64,000 nucleotides of DNA, from the NCBI GenBank assembly GCA_022605425.2, contig CM061247.1:1302001-1366000 (forward strand), given 5' to 3'. The translations under genes and the position numbers were made by a program. Each line of letters begins with the position of its first letter. Position 1 is the first letter of the stretch. The stretch is from Hamiltosporidium tvaerminnensis FI-OER-3-3. Taxonomy: Eukaryota > Fungi > Microsporidia. This document shows, in pieces, positions 22,925 to 35,992 of this stretch. Under the pieces are notes generated by a model that was not told the DNA's origin, searched no databases, and was given only the letters and a program-made list of their open reading frames with translations.

Positions 22925-23989
22925 AACAGTCTTTCATTCTTTTTTTTAAATTTTTTATTCTTTTTTTTAAATTTTTTATTTTTTTACTCTTTTTTTAATT
23001 TTTTATTTTTTTTTACTCTTTTTTTTACTCTTTTTTTTTTACTCTTTTTTTTTATTTTAAATAAATAGAATAACCTTTACTAAAATAAATAATATAACAC
23101 TTACATAATCAACATAAATTATTTTTAGAAGAGTTAACAAATTCCTAAAATAATAAAAATATAATTTTGGTAAAAAGTTATAAATTATTTTTAAATATTT
23201 TTTAATTATTTTTAAAGCATTAATATATTAAGGACAGACAGGAAAAGGCACAATGAAAGATTAAATGAAATGATACTTTTTCAAATGAAAAATAAACCTA
23301 TAAATTAATTGCTATTTCTCTCATTATAAATATATTGGAATATTTTTTTATTCAGGAGAAAATGAAATCAATTATAAGATTTTCCTCAATCATTCAATTT
23401 AAGATTTATTTACATATTTATTTTAAGTTTATATGTACAAGACAACCCTGATTAAATAAATATTAGTTTATTACGGATTTGTAAAATAAATTAGTAATAA
23501 TATAATTCAATTAATTGATTAAAACTACTAAGTAAGAATTATATTTTAGTATTTATACATCAAATAGAAAGATAAAAGAATGATTATAAGTATTATTGAG
23601 TGGTTTAAGGTATTACAATGAAATTATTTATTAGAAATATTTAAGAATTAATGGTAATGTATGTTTAGAATGAAAATATTAAAAAGGTTAATGAGTCAAA
23701 ATTATCCAAAAAGTTACATATCAAATTCAATATATTATTTTGAACACGAAATAAAGGGCATGCTTGTTATATAGGTGTTTCATCTGAAATAATTTGTAAA
23801 AAGTAAGGATTTGATTTAAACAGAAAATTGGTTTTTTATTACCTTAAATACCCTAAAGATTTTCTTGAAAAGGCTCGTAAAAAATAAATCTATTCAGTGT
23901 CGATAAAATAAGAAATGAAATAAAATTTACTATAAAATAACTGGAAGAGAAGCGCTAATCACATTAAGGACTTTCTTCTTGGTAATTAT

Positions 23990-24667
23990 TAGATAAAATT
24001 ACTGTGAAAGCTTATTGCTTGGCTTTCCCGTTAGAATGAAAATCACATCACATTTTCGGTCAATTCATGGGAGCTTGTATGAGAAAAGTAAAGTCTACGA
24101 AATAGCAAACCTTTTCGACAAATTTTTTTGTGGTTTTTTATGTAACTAGATCGCATACCGCAGTTGAACTTGTAGGTAATTTCCATGTAAAGGCATAGAA
24201 ACCTAGCTTTGCTTACACTGTTTAAAAGACTTAGCGCCTTGGAGATATGAAAATAAAATTATTTAAAAAGCCAGAAATACTGAGTAGCAGGTTATACCTG
24301 TTTTCATAACATTGCAAAGTCTAGGTGGGCGCCATATAAGTGGCGAAGATATATTTTTGCTGGCAGTCTATCAGGTTCGGCAGTTGTAGATTAGGTAGTA
24401 ATGCTACTGATTTTTAAGAAGACCAAAGCGTGTTTCGACTGGCGACCACACATCGGGCATGGAAATTAACAAGTCTGGGCAACTGCTTCGCCTATTTAAA
24501 GGGTACTATGCATATGTAGACGTGGATATTTGGAATGTAAGTATGCTAGACTTCCTGATAGACCGGAGGGAAGGTGGTTAGCTATTTTAAACCTAGAACT
24601 GACCAATTCCGTCAAAAAATATAAAATTACTTTTGCGTTAAAAATATGTTATACTTCATAAATAAAT
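23990..24667 (+). mobile_element. Family A element, copy A6 (old, deletion near the first end)
   Basis: catgggagcttgtatgag, accgcagttgaacttgtaggtaat, aaagacttagcgcc, gtagcaggttatacctg, aaacctagaactg in order. Confidence 0.8.
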
Positions 24668-25759
24668 CTTTTAAAAAGATAATTTGCATTATAGTCATAG
24701 AGCACGTCAGCCCATGGATTCTTTTGGGAAATGAGATCGAAGTACTTAAATAGTTAGATAAATCGCCAAATCTTAATCCAATAAGAGTATATTTTCTTAA
24801 TAAAAAAAATCGTTTAATAAAGACAACACTGATTTGTTTCAAAAAGCCAAAGTATATGCGAAAAAATCTATCTTTATACAGTTCTGAATCTTTATTCTAA
24901 TATTCTAAACATTTTAATGGAATATTGAGTTTCAACGAAGGAGATGCACATTTTAAAATGAAGTGTGTAGTTTTTTGGACAGGCATTTCTAATATTATTT
25001 AATAAAACCTCATAAATTTCTGAATTTGACACGATATAGAAAATTACTTGTTATGTTTATATAAGACATCAATCGCTATTATTAGGAATTAAAATTGCAT
25101 TTAAACTAAATCTATGAAATCCTTATCTATCTTGTTTTATGCCTTTTTATTTAGTACCTATTGTATAATAGATTAAAATAGGGCAACTCGGATTGTTTTT
25201 TCAATTCTTGTTCCAATGAATAAATATGATTGGTTTTTTTCGAATTATTCTACGTCCTACGGAATGTATCTTTATGTTTCAATTTGTATTAAAAAATAGC
25301 CATTTATTCCTTCTTTTAGATTTTAGATGGATCTATGAAATTTATCACAAATTATGTTTCTTTTCAAATGTATAATTATACTGGGCCAAAGATCGTATAG
25401 ATTTTAAATCTTGTTTCTGTCTTAGAGCACACATATAAAGATATTTATTTTTAAATTTAGAAATATGTACATTGATGAAATTAATTGATAAACAACTTTT
25501 TCAAATAAAACAATTAAACATTGTTTTAATAAATGAAAAGGTGTTGATGCAGTGTAAATAAATTACAAATTATATGTTTACTTTTAGCGATCTGATCTTG
25601 AGCCTAGAAATGATATATCTAAAATATTTTATAAAAAAAATTGTAGATCGGTTATATATATAGATGAGTGTATATATTGAAATATAAGAGCATCTAATCT
25701 AGTTTTTTCTCATTAGCAACTTGATGTACCTAATTTGATCAGAATCGAGAAAATCATAC

Positions 25760-27520
25760 TCATAAAACCCGTGAAAAAAACCCCGATTATGCAAATCGTT
25801 AAAAGACTTAAAATATAAATGCATGTTGGTTTTTGATCTCATTAATACGTGGCAAAGTCATTTCGCTATAAAATAAAAACATTGAATTTACAACTAAGGA
25901 ATTGAAATGAAAAGGCTCTGAAAACGAGTAGAAAATTACATATATTAAATGTATGAGAATAAGATTTCGAGCTATAACGGAAATTGTGCATGCACCTAAT
26001 AGAGATATATTGATAGACCTGAAAAATCCCAGTTCTATGGGCCGATTATTTTGTAGGGCATTTTGGTGAGATTAAATAATCAGGAAAAAACGATTTTCGA
26101 AGATGTTTACACAAACTTTAGCTTAATAAATGTGCTCGTATTCTATCCCGAGAAACCGAAGTGCCTATTATTAAGCCTGTAACTAACAAAACAGCGAGAA
26201 TCGCCTACTAAACGCCAAAATATTGCGGTATGAAGGGGAAAAAGTCATTACTGAAAGAATGTTTAGCCTTAGTGTGATAATCCAATAGAAAACCCAGAAG
26301 CAATGTTAAGAAAATTTTTAAAACTCATATTTTTTCATATCCCAAAAAAACTGAAAAAATTGTAACTGACAGAAAAATAGGAAATTCGCTCAAATATTTA
26401 CTTTTAAAGTATTTCATAGGGTCATGACCGTACACATGGCACATATTCGGAATATACTATTGTGGTATACTGAAAACGTTTTGGGAAAGATGGATCAGAA
26501 ATTAACCAGATATTTACCGTAAACTCTCTGTTGAAATGATTTAGTAGGGAAGCAAATCATGCATAAACTTTTTTGATTATAAGCAAGCATATGATGATGC
26601 TAATAAAACCATTTGAAACTGCTTTTAAAGTTACGAATACCCGAGAATAATATAAGCCACATTATAATCGTTCTGAGATAGACAACCAACTAGATTATTT
26701 TTGCAATTATAAGGCAGGGAAATTAAAATTTATTATGATTTGAAACAATAAAATGCTCCCCTTGTATGCTTCTGGATACGAATATTTAAATGTCTAGCTG
26801 AAAGACAAAATTCAATCCTAAAACATTTTATACAACAAAGAAGCGTACACACTTGGTTTTGTTGATGAGATCGATAGTATTTGAAAATATTTAATCTCTT
26901 TGAGACAGTTTCCGAAAAACCGAGCCTGTATTACAAAAGAAGGGTACATGGTAATTTTGAGAAACAGAAAACCAATTTTTTACTATTTTTAAGAATCTGA
27001 TATCGTATGATAAAGAACTCTCTTGTTTGAATGACTAGAAGTTGTTCTGAGCAGACAAAATGGCAATGTAAAGGCTAGAATAAATGTAAAAAGCATAAGT
27101 TAACTTACAAAAGATTAACCACCTTCGTGTCAAAAAAAATAGAAGTAATTCAGTCCTAGTGTGTTTTTGGTTTTATAAATTGATATAAACTGACTCCATT
27201 GAGGAGTTTTTCATCGTTTTAGAACCAAGGATTCTAAATAAAATTTGACCCAATAAAAATCAGTGAGGCTAATTGCAAATATATGATGCGATCACCGTAG
27301 AATTGTTTATCAGAATTCAGGCTTAAACAACAAAATGTAGCAATAGTGTCTCATGTCCGGCTTGTTGGAAATATTTCCCAAAATCAGAATTACAGAAAGC
27401 ATGACCGCAAGACCTCAATGAGCCGATAGATTTTAATTTGAGAACAAGATGGCTTGATGATCTAATAAGAACAATAATTTATTTGACATGTAAAAATACA
27501 AAATCTGGTTCTTAATCGAG
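25760..27520 (+). mobile_element. Heavily decayed RTE-like reverse transcriptase region
   Basis: Scattered in-order remnants: NQIFTV (~26503), FFDYKQAYD (~26569), LKQ (~26740), LRTRWLD (~27438). Boundaries approximate. Confidence 0.5.
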
Positions 27521-29440
27521 ATAAAGGATATTTATAGCAGATAAGACTAGAATATTAATTATCAGATCAGCTATTAATTAGCATTCAAAGAAAAATTTAT
27601 GCTTCTCATATATTATAACTTAAACCCATAGGCATTTTTTGCACTATTTTTTCTTCAAAAATTTGTTTTTACTAATATATATTTTTAAAGAAAAAAATCA
27701 GTTGGTTTTAGAAGAAAAGGTATTCTAATATTTATGCACTCAAATCGACCTAGGTTGGCTGTTCTATTTTCATATAATAGGATATATTTGTAGCCAATAA
27801 AAAGCTAAAAACATCATAGACTTAAAATTCGAAAACTAGTATATCTTTTATTGGCGTAATAATGTATTTAGCATCATTATCATGGCTTATTTACTCCGAT
27901 GTTTAATATATAAATTACATTTTTCTATTTTATTCCAGATGCTGTAATTTCATATAAAAATATTTGCCTGTGGAAATAATTTATACGGGACAAAGAACAT
28001 ATCTAATGAAAAAAGTCTAACACAAATCTTCGATCGAAAGCGAATAATTTTTAATTATGACTTGAACCTATTTTAGTTTTCATTTGTAAAACAGATCGTA
28101 CGAAACTTAAAAATGCATATTACTGAATAAGAAAATTAATCTCTTTTTTTGTTAGCTTTTCGAATATATGTACTGAAAATTGCAAAATAATACAGATTAT
28201 TTCAGATATATTCAGTATGATTATTTGCTGTTTCATATAATTATATGCATAAAGGCGCATCTTTGGAAGTTAGATAAGAGACTTTATTAAGTTTTAACAT
28301 AGCGGTTTAAAGTCGGGCGGGGGTGTTAAGTATCAATGTTGTAGAAGTTTCAATTTAAACTTCTGATTTATATTTTAAGTAAAGATTTGGATGGGGTTTT
28401 TTTAAGCCTTTCGCCGCCAAATTTTTAAAATTCTTTTCCATTGATTAATTTCTACCAAAAAATATATTCATAATTTAATATTTTAAAAAAATGTGCTATT
28501 GTTCTTAAAAAGTAACAAATAAACATATGTATTGTGCTAAAATACTCAAAAAAATGGTATAATATCAAAATGTAAATATAATATCTTATCGCCGGTATAA
28601 ATTTTTTAGTTTTTGGATTAAATTTTAAATACTAAGAAAAATTTATGGATTAATTTAATCGCAGATAACACGTTCATTTTTTTTTCTATTAAACCAAGAA
28701 GTGGATATGAATTAAAACTTTGAAGAACAGGCATTGCATTAGTTTGAGAATGAAAAATAGCCAAAATACCATGAATTTTGTAAAGGCTCGAAACAAAACA
28801 AAGGATTTAAATTAAAAAATGCTTTGTTACTATTTAGAATAGATATGAAGGGGTGTTTTTTGTACAAAAATGACCACAAAATGGAAAATTAAATCCAAGA
28901 CAAAAATTATAGAACAAATAAATTTATGGTTAATTTACGTTCCCCAACCCTATTTTTAAGATGGTAAATGAGGTATTCGGATGGAAATGCTTATTTATTT
29001 AAAATTCCATGTATAAATTTTAATTTTACGGCTTGAACAACTAAGCCTTGATCGCTATATGTATTAATGTCAGTATAGTCAATTGAGATCAAAAAATGGA
29101 GTATTTGATAAATTAAAACTTGTTTATTCAACCCCATGCTTTTCATTTAAAGTATATACTATAATAACTGCAGGCTAATAGTATTTGCAAAAAGAAATAG
29201 TTCATATTCGACATAGAAATTACAGTATATAGGCCGATGAAACAAATAATTGAATGAAAAACTTTACTGAATTATTTAATGAAATTATTTGACAAAATAA
29301 ATAAATAATCAAATGTAAAGATCGATTAAAATTCCAAAATAATTATTTTCACTAAAGATAATCTTTTTTAATAAATTGCTTTAAATTTTAAAGTAAGTAA
29401 AATATTTTATTATCTATAGATACTTTATATTCGTGATTAT

Positions 29441-31780
29441 TCAAATAAATGCTACAAAGTTGATAAGATTCATTCCAGTGAGCAGATCTATATATTTTTT
29501 ATTTCTTTCCTCAAAGTTCATGGCAGATATTCTTAAAAACTTGAGATTTTTAAATGATAAAATTGAAAATAATTCTGAACTTGTAAATTCGTTTACATAG
29601 AGCTGTAATTTGCTTACAGTTTTTCTAATATTAGACCGAAGTATTTTTTCTAGGATATTAAACTCTATATCTATTTTAAAAACGCATAATTTTAGACATT
29701 TGAGTGTTTTTATATTTTCAATAATATCAATATCATCTAAATGTAAAGCATCTGCATCATAAACAAGTTTTTCCAGGAAATCAAAACACACAAAGAAAGA
29801 AAAAATGTGTAAAGAACTGAATTTTGAAGAATTTTGATACATGACTTCGTTTGTATATTTAAAACAACACAAATTTGGTAACAAAACTGGTTTTTTAAGT
29901 CTTGAAATACTAGCATCAATCATATTATCTTCTATTAAAAAACTTTTAAAGGCTACATCTGGGCTATAAGACAGACAAACTAGCAGATATCTTAAGGCGA
30001 TAAATCTAGTTATAAAATAATAATATTGAATATTCAAATGATGAGTTATGTCGTAAAATTCCATATGAATGACCGATTTGTTAATAAAATCTAGATTTTC
30101 ACAGGTTAAATTTTCATCAAAAACAAAATATTTGAACCAAACAAATATTAACTCCTTAGATCTCAATATAAACTTCAGAAGCTCACCGGTTAATTTTATA
30201 TTTGAAAGATATAAAGTTGATAAAGCTTTAAATGATTCCAAAAAGAAGTAATTACTTAAACTATTATTTTCAACATTTTTTAGATCCAAGTTCAATCGAG
30301 TTATATATTCGGGATGAAATAATTTTTTAAAATCAATCAGCTCATAATTTTGTTTACATAATTTTAAAGATATTCCAATTATATAATCCTTGAAATTATA
30401 TGTGGGTAATTCGTATAAATTATTTTCTGAATCAGAAATTTTAAAATTCTCTGAAAAATCTATGTAAATGTTTTTTCTATTCCCCTGAAATGAAGCCGAA
30501 GCCACTTTAGATAATATTTCGGTTAAAATAATAAAGCGAATTTTTACATATTTTATAGATTCAAATGTTGGGCTGCTTTCCAAACAAACTAATTCCTTCA
30601 TCTCTATTTTATTGAAAATTAATATGAGTTTTTCCTGATTTTTGAAGGCTTCTATTCTTTCCAAAATATATTTTGTATCACAGGCAACAATAAGTTTTAC
30701 AGTCTTTTTCGATTTAAAATAATTAATTTTATGTAGTTTATCAAATATTGGTAGATGGCTTTCTTCAACTAGCAGTGTAATTTTTTTTGGTTTTGGCGGC
30801 AGCGAAGAGACAATTATATCCATGTTCGTATCGTTAAATCTTGTGTATAAATCTAAATATAACTTATCTAAATAGAATATTTTTATCAAGATTTGCCATA
30901 TGCTACGAAATCTCGAATTTAAAAAATATTTATAAATTTCTAGTTCAATTCCTTCAATCTGCATATTCCTAAAAATGGAACGCTTTTTATGCAATTTTCT
31001 TCGAAAAAAAAGTCGATTTGGACTGTATTTATGAAATGTTTTATCTATAAAATATTTTGGGAGGAAATAAAATTTACAGAAATACTCGATCATATCAAGA
31101 ATAAATAAATTATTATATTCACTATAATCTAAAAATATTTCAGCAGTTTTCTCGGAGAAAGCTTCTTCTTTAAACATTACAGAATGGAAAGTCAATGACT
31201 TTATAAAATTCATATACAAGTGATTTCTTTTTATTCTAAAAATATTTAAATATTTTAAAATTTCGAAGGTTAAATTAGGCTCAATTGAAAACATATTGTC
31301 TTCTGCCTCCAAAAATTTTATAAAATAGGAGAATAACATGAAACAATTCTTTTCTATCCCAATAAAAATTTCTTCTTTATTTAAAAGAATTTTTTCATCT
31401 AGAAGATCGAATCCAAGCGATATTTGGTTTGGATAAATAAAATTAAACGTAGTCATAGAATTATGAGAATCACAAGAATCGTCATAATGAAATTCTCTAC
31501 CTTCAAAATTAGAAACCAGTGAACAGGTTTTCATACATAAAAAATACAAATCCTTTTGGTATAGCAAAGTATCACATTTTGTATTATTATTAATTTCCAT
31601 AATTGTTACATTAATGCAACATATATGAATCTTAATCAAGAACACTGTAAAAATAAAATGCTTAAGGAATTTAACCGCGCATATATTTTGATAAGAAATA
31701 CCAAAACAATGTTTGTATATATCTATCCTTCTATTTCTAAGATTATATTTTTCTTTATTTTCACTATTTACTATCCACAT
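29441..31780 (-). CDS. Divergent leucine-rich-repeat-like protein of an expanded microsporidian family (779 aa)
   Basis: Hydrophobic stretch near the N-terminus (FIFTVFLIKIHICC); LRR-like units ALSTLYLSNIKLTGELL, LPNLCCFKY, FLEKLVYD, TLKCLKLC, FKNLKFLRIS. Confidence 0.8.
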   Translation of the reverse strand: MWIVNSENKEKYNLRNRRIDIYKHCFGISYQNICAVKFLKHFIFTVFLIKIHICCINVTIMEINNNTKCDTLLYQKDLYFLCMKTCSLVSNFEGREFHYDDSCDSHNSMTTFNFIYPNQISLGFDLLDEKILLNKEEIFIGIEKNCFMLFSYFIKFLEAEDNMFSIEPNLTFEILKYLNIFRIKRNHLYMNFIKSLTFHSVMFKEEAFSEKTAEIFLDYSEYNNLFILDMIEYFCKFYFLPKYFIDKTFHKYSPNRLFFRRKLHKKRSIFRNMQIEGIELEIYKYFLNSRFRSIWQILIKIFYLDKLYLDLYTRFNDTNMDIIVSSLPPKPKKITLLVEESHLPIFDKLHKINYFKSKKTVKLIVACDTKYILERIEAFKNQEKLILIFNKIEMKELVCLESSPTFESIKYVKIRFIILTEILSKVASASFQGNRKNIYIDFSENFKISDSENNLYELPTYNFKDYIIGISLKLCKQNYELIDFKKLFHPEYITRLNLDLKNVENNSLSNYFFLESFKALSTLYLSNIKLTGELLKFILRSKELIFVWFKYFVFDENLTCENLDFINKSVIHMEFYDITHHLNIQYYYFITRFIALRYLLVCLSYSPDVAFKSFLIEDNMIDASISRLKKPVLLPNLCCFKYTNEVMYQNSSKFSSLHIFSFFVCFDFLEKLVYDADALHLDDIDIIENIKTLKCLKLCVFKIDIEFNILEKILRSNIRKTVSKLQLYVNEFTSSELFSILSFKNLKFLRISAMNFEERNKKYIDLLTGMNLINFVAFI

Positions 31781-32009
31781 GCGATTTTGAGGTCAAAAAT
31801 TTTCGAAAATATATATCTCTGAAAAACTTTATAATCAAAAAAAATCATAGCATATATTTTAATCTTTAAATTAAAAAACTAGGTTCTATTCGAACAAAAC
31901 TACTAACCGAAACAAAACAATTAATTTATTTTCTTTGCATAAAGTCAAATTATCCATCCTTTTGCCTCATAATCTTTGGACTTGCGAAGATATGGTTTGG
32001 AATACACAA

Positions 32010-35000
32010 TCTAAAAATAAAATGGTCAGAAAGAAGGAACTTGACACCCAAAATATAAAAAAGGAACAAAAAGGCTGCAAAACACTGCGGAAATCACACA
32101 AATGCAGATAAAATCTTGTGATTTCGATGTGGTAAAAATACCCGAGAAACTTCCCCTACAGCCGCCCATCTATAAGAATAAACACTTGCCATCCAACAAA
32201 GCTTGCCAGAATACTCCATTTTGCTCGCTTGACATCCTACCCACGTCCTCCCGTTCCAATTCGTCTAGGTGTAGATCGGCCAAAACTATAGAGACCTTCA
32301 ATACTGCTGCTATTATGAAAGGAAGCTGACTGATGGTATTCTACTCATTGCTTGATTCTCTCACAGCCGTTGAGTCGAAATGACCTAGATTTTCTATTCT
32401 AGCAGGTAAAAATAGATTTGAGGGGGTACTCAAAAAGGCTGGTCTGCAATTCAGAAATACTATAATGAAAAAATTGGCCTTAATATCAATATCGATGTGT
32501 TTAAAAAATTCAGACAAATTGAGGCAGAAAGGGAAATAAGGCAAGAAGAAAATAGAGAGCGACGTAGAAATGCAACCTTCTCACCGAAGCATGCTCTTTA
32601 ACGACATCACACTCTATATTAACCCGAAAGAGAAGTCATTGTGTAAAATCAAGAAATTGCGAGGAGGAAAGTCAGAGATGTTGTGCTTCGAACAAGAAAG
32701 TTTTCAAGTAGATTAGTTGATGCTAAAAATTTGGACTTCTATAATTGAATCGCAGGTAAATATGTTGTATTTCATATACCTGAGTCCGTATTTGATGTAT
32801 CTCGATTTATTTTGCCTCATAGATATGATATGCAGAGGTGTCTTGCATCACACAACCGAGATCGGCTTGGGAAGAAAATATAGAATGTAAAGTTTCCAGG
32901 CTAGTAATCTCCACATATCTTTTCGAAAAGTCTCGTATGCAGGGAAAACCCATCACTTCAGAAACGCCAAGTCTTAAGCCACCCATGAGTCCAATTTAAA
33001 CTTGAGAGGTATTAAAGATTTTTCAGGAGCTCTGTTAAAGAGAATTGGTGTCTCATTGTCTACAGAAAAATACAATTATGAATGTAGGAAACATTCTGAA
33101 AAGAGAATAATATGGTTGGGTTATTTTGATGCCGAATTTATCGTGCTTTTTCTGAGAATGCTGTGAATCCTGACGAATTTTCAATTTTGGTTTACAATGT
33201 GGAACAAAAAGAAAAGTAGTTGCGTATGATGACTATGTGATATCTTTCATGTAGGATACTCATCAGACTAAGTTATTTCCACTTGATGAGTTTGTATATA
33301 TTATCAATTGAGTTCTTACCCAGAAACTCCCAAAATGTATGTTATTTACAATGTCTACATAAATGAACTCACGAGTCTTCACTAATATCTTTATGATATC
33401 GTGAAAGTCATTTATTTAGAAGAAAATTCTCAAGCCGACGTTATTATTGTAGACTTACATATTTGATACATAAAGGCAAGTCAAAGACTGGTTCTGGTTG
33501 CAGGGCAATTACCGATATTTCAAACTTATACAAACTGACAACAAAATGTTTTACAAATTCGTTTTCTTGAGTCTGAAAGACTCGGTTACTATCAGATATT
33601 TGTTTGGTGGAGTGAGAGGTTTTTATTGAGAAAAGAGCAAGCCCTGATGAATGTTCCTCTAATAAAGAGTAGCGAAATAATCTTAAAGAAACTTGGATTG
33701 ATGCCTAAAAAAGCTTTTTGTTCAATAAAAGTACTTATTTGACTTCATGCATCGAAAGCATTAAGTTATCTGATTGTATCCTAAAATTTATTAAAAAACA
33801 GAATCACAGTGGAAAATTTATATTTTATTTGTGCCTAAAAAATCAGGAACAAGAAGATTGAAAAGGTCATTTTAGAAGAAGGTCTGTTTTCATTTCTGTT
33901 TGCTATAAGTATGGGTGGATTTAGCCGAAAGCTTAATGAAAAATGTGTAAAGGTGACACTACAGAGAGAGAGTTAATCGCATTCTACCAATCATATCATA
34001 TTTATTTATTTTCTCATATATATTGCCAAAGATAGGCAAACATTTGAAAAGGCAATCCATGAGGGCAAGCTGTTTATGGAAAACGTAAGATTTTAGTTAA
34101 AAAAGCGAATTCGACGATGAATGGTCTATGTTGAGAAATTATTGGTTCTCTGATTGAAAGAATATATGTTTAAAAATACAGTGGAATAATAAAAAATAGC
34201 AGGTGAATCTTAACATGTAGTTATTTGAGGAAATATAGACCAAACTGATAGTCAATTTAGGAGGACTTTGTTTCACAAAATTGAATCCATGAAGTTTATT
34301 TCAAGCCCTACATCGACATGCAATATCGTAAATAAAATGTAATATAGGTGTATTTCGACTGGAACCGACTGACTTCTCGAATTTAGATTATGCTTTACGC
34401 ACGATTTTAGTGAATAAATAAATATATCTACGCTCAGGATGAAAAGAACGTCTATATCTTTTCCGGAAGAAACTCGGAAGAGGTTCTAATCTTTAAATAT
34501 CAAAAGCAAACATCTATTTCGCAACTCTTTGATTATCTGAAAAAAGATAAAGATACTTCTAGAAGAAGAGCCAAAATCTTAAAAATTGAGAATAATGATA
34601 GAATCCACCTTGCATTGATAAAAAACTTCTTAAAAGTAAAATGTGGTTTAAAAGAAGAAGTCAGTGAGAAGAAATCAAATGAAGTTCACTAGCTAACATA
34701 AATGACGAAATAGCAAAGCTTAAACCACATTCAAAGTTATATAATGTTATAAATAATCCTCTAGTAGGTCTAAAAACCCTAAAGATTGGTTATGAAAGGA
34801 AGTTTCGGACTGTTCGATGAAGCAGTGCGCTGCTATATTTATAATAAATGTATTTTTGGGTGTAGAAATGTGTGTCAGCGTTGCAATCAGTCTAGGAAAA
34901 CAGTGGATTATTTATCGACAAGATATCAGAAAAGACATGAGCATGACTATAGTAAGACTACACAATGATGTAATAGAATGCATAAATTTATTCCCAATAA

Positions 35001-35720
35001 ATAGATATGAATTTTTGTTTTCAAATCGAATTAGAAGCCACTATGTTCCAGAAATTCTTGATGACAAATATATAGAGATTCAAGTGCTCCTAGAACAAGA
35101 TCTTATGTCAAAATTTGTAATAATAGAGTGATATATTTAATTTAAACAAGAGGCAGGATAAGATAGATCTTATTGAAGTAGGAAAAAATTCCCAAGATTC
35201 ACTTCAAATAGTTGAAAATGAATAACTTGAGACGTATGACCTATTAGCCAATGATTTAGGTCTTATATAGAGATGTAGTTTTGATATAATACCATATTTA
35301 ATGACTTTAGACGCTAATGTAACACAATATCATAAGACGTATGTTAAAAGACAACAAATACTTATGAATATAAGGCATATGTTCTGATGGGAGTACACAA
35401 GAAGACAGTCGAAATAATTTCGTTTTATCGACGAAAAGAATCATAGTCGAGACCAAATGACAAAGAGAGTGGTAAAAGCATTAATCCGTGTTATTGAAAA
35501 AGCTGGGGTACGTAAATAACCAACACGCCCTTTAAAGCAAGTGAATAACGAGGAAAATAATGTCAAACAAAAAATAATGCAATAATCATCATAGTTGGAG
35601 GAAGCACACTAAAATAACTTACAATAATTATAAACAACAGAGTCGGATTTACAAGCGGAAACTATGGTGGTTAAAGATCTATAAGAAAATATATAAAAGA
35701 TGAAAGAGTATTATACCCCC
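32010..35720 (+). mobile_element. Near full-length but heavily decayed copy of the R4-like non-LTR element
   Basis: Colinear with 45397-49191 from the start codon (atggtcagaaagaagg vs atgggtagaagaaaa) to the 3' end; shared blocks such as gaggcagaaagggaaataaggcaagaag, agccgaaagcttaatga, aagacagtcgaaa. Confidence 0.9.
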
Positions 35721-35992
35721 CATAAATTGTTTCAATTTTATATCCAAACTAAAAATAAATTAGAAAAAAAAATGATTGTTTCTAACTATAAATTTCATTG
35801 CGAAGGCTAAATTTTCTTTTCCCACCTTTAAATTGTAATTTTATACTTTTATTTGTAATATTCATATAAATAAGAATCTAAAAGTTTCTATTGATGTACT
35901 AATAATTTCTTCAAATAATTTTACTTTTTATTAAATTCTCAATTTTATAGTAATTTTGAATATAAATAAAAAAAAGGACCAAATGCCCTGAG

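Noticed and set aside
23362-23960. Possible third, decayed member of the secreted family (MKSIIRFSSIIQFKIY...)
   Set aside because: Only a weak N-terminal resemblance before a stop; not enough support
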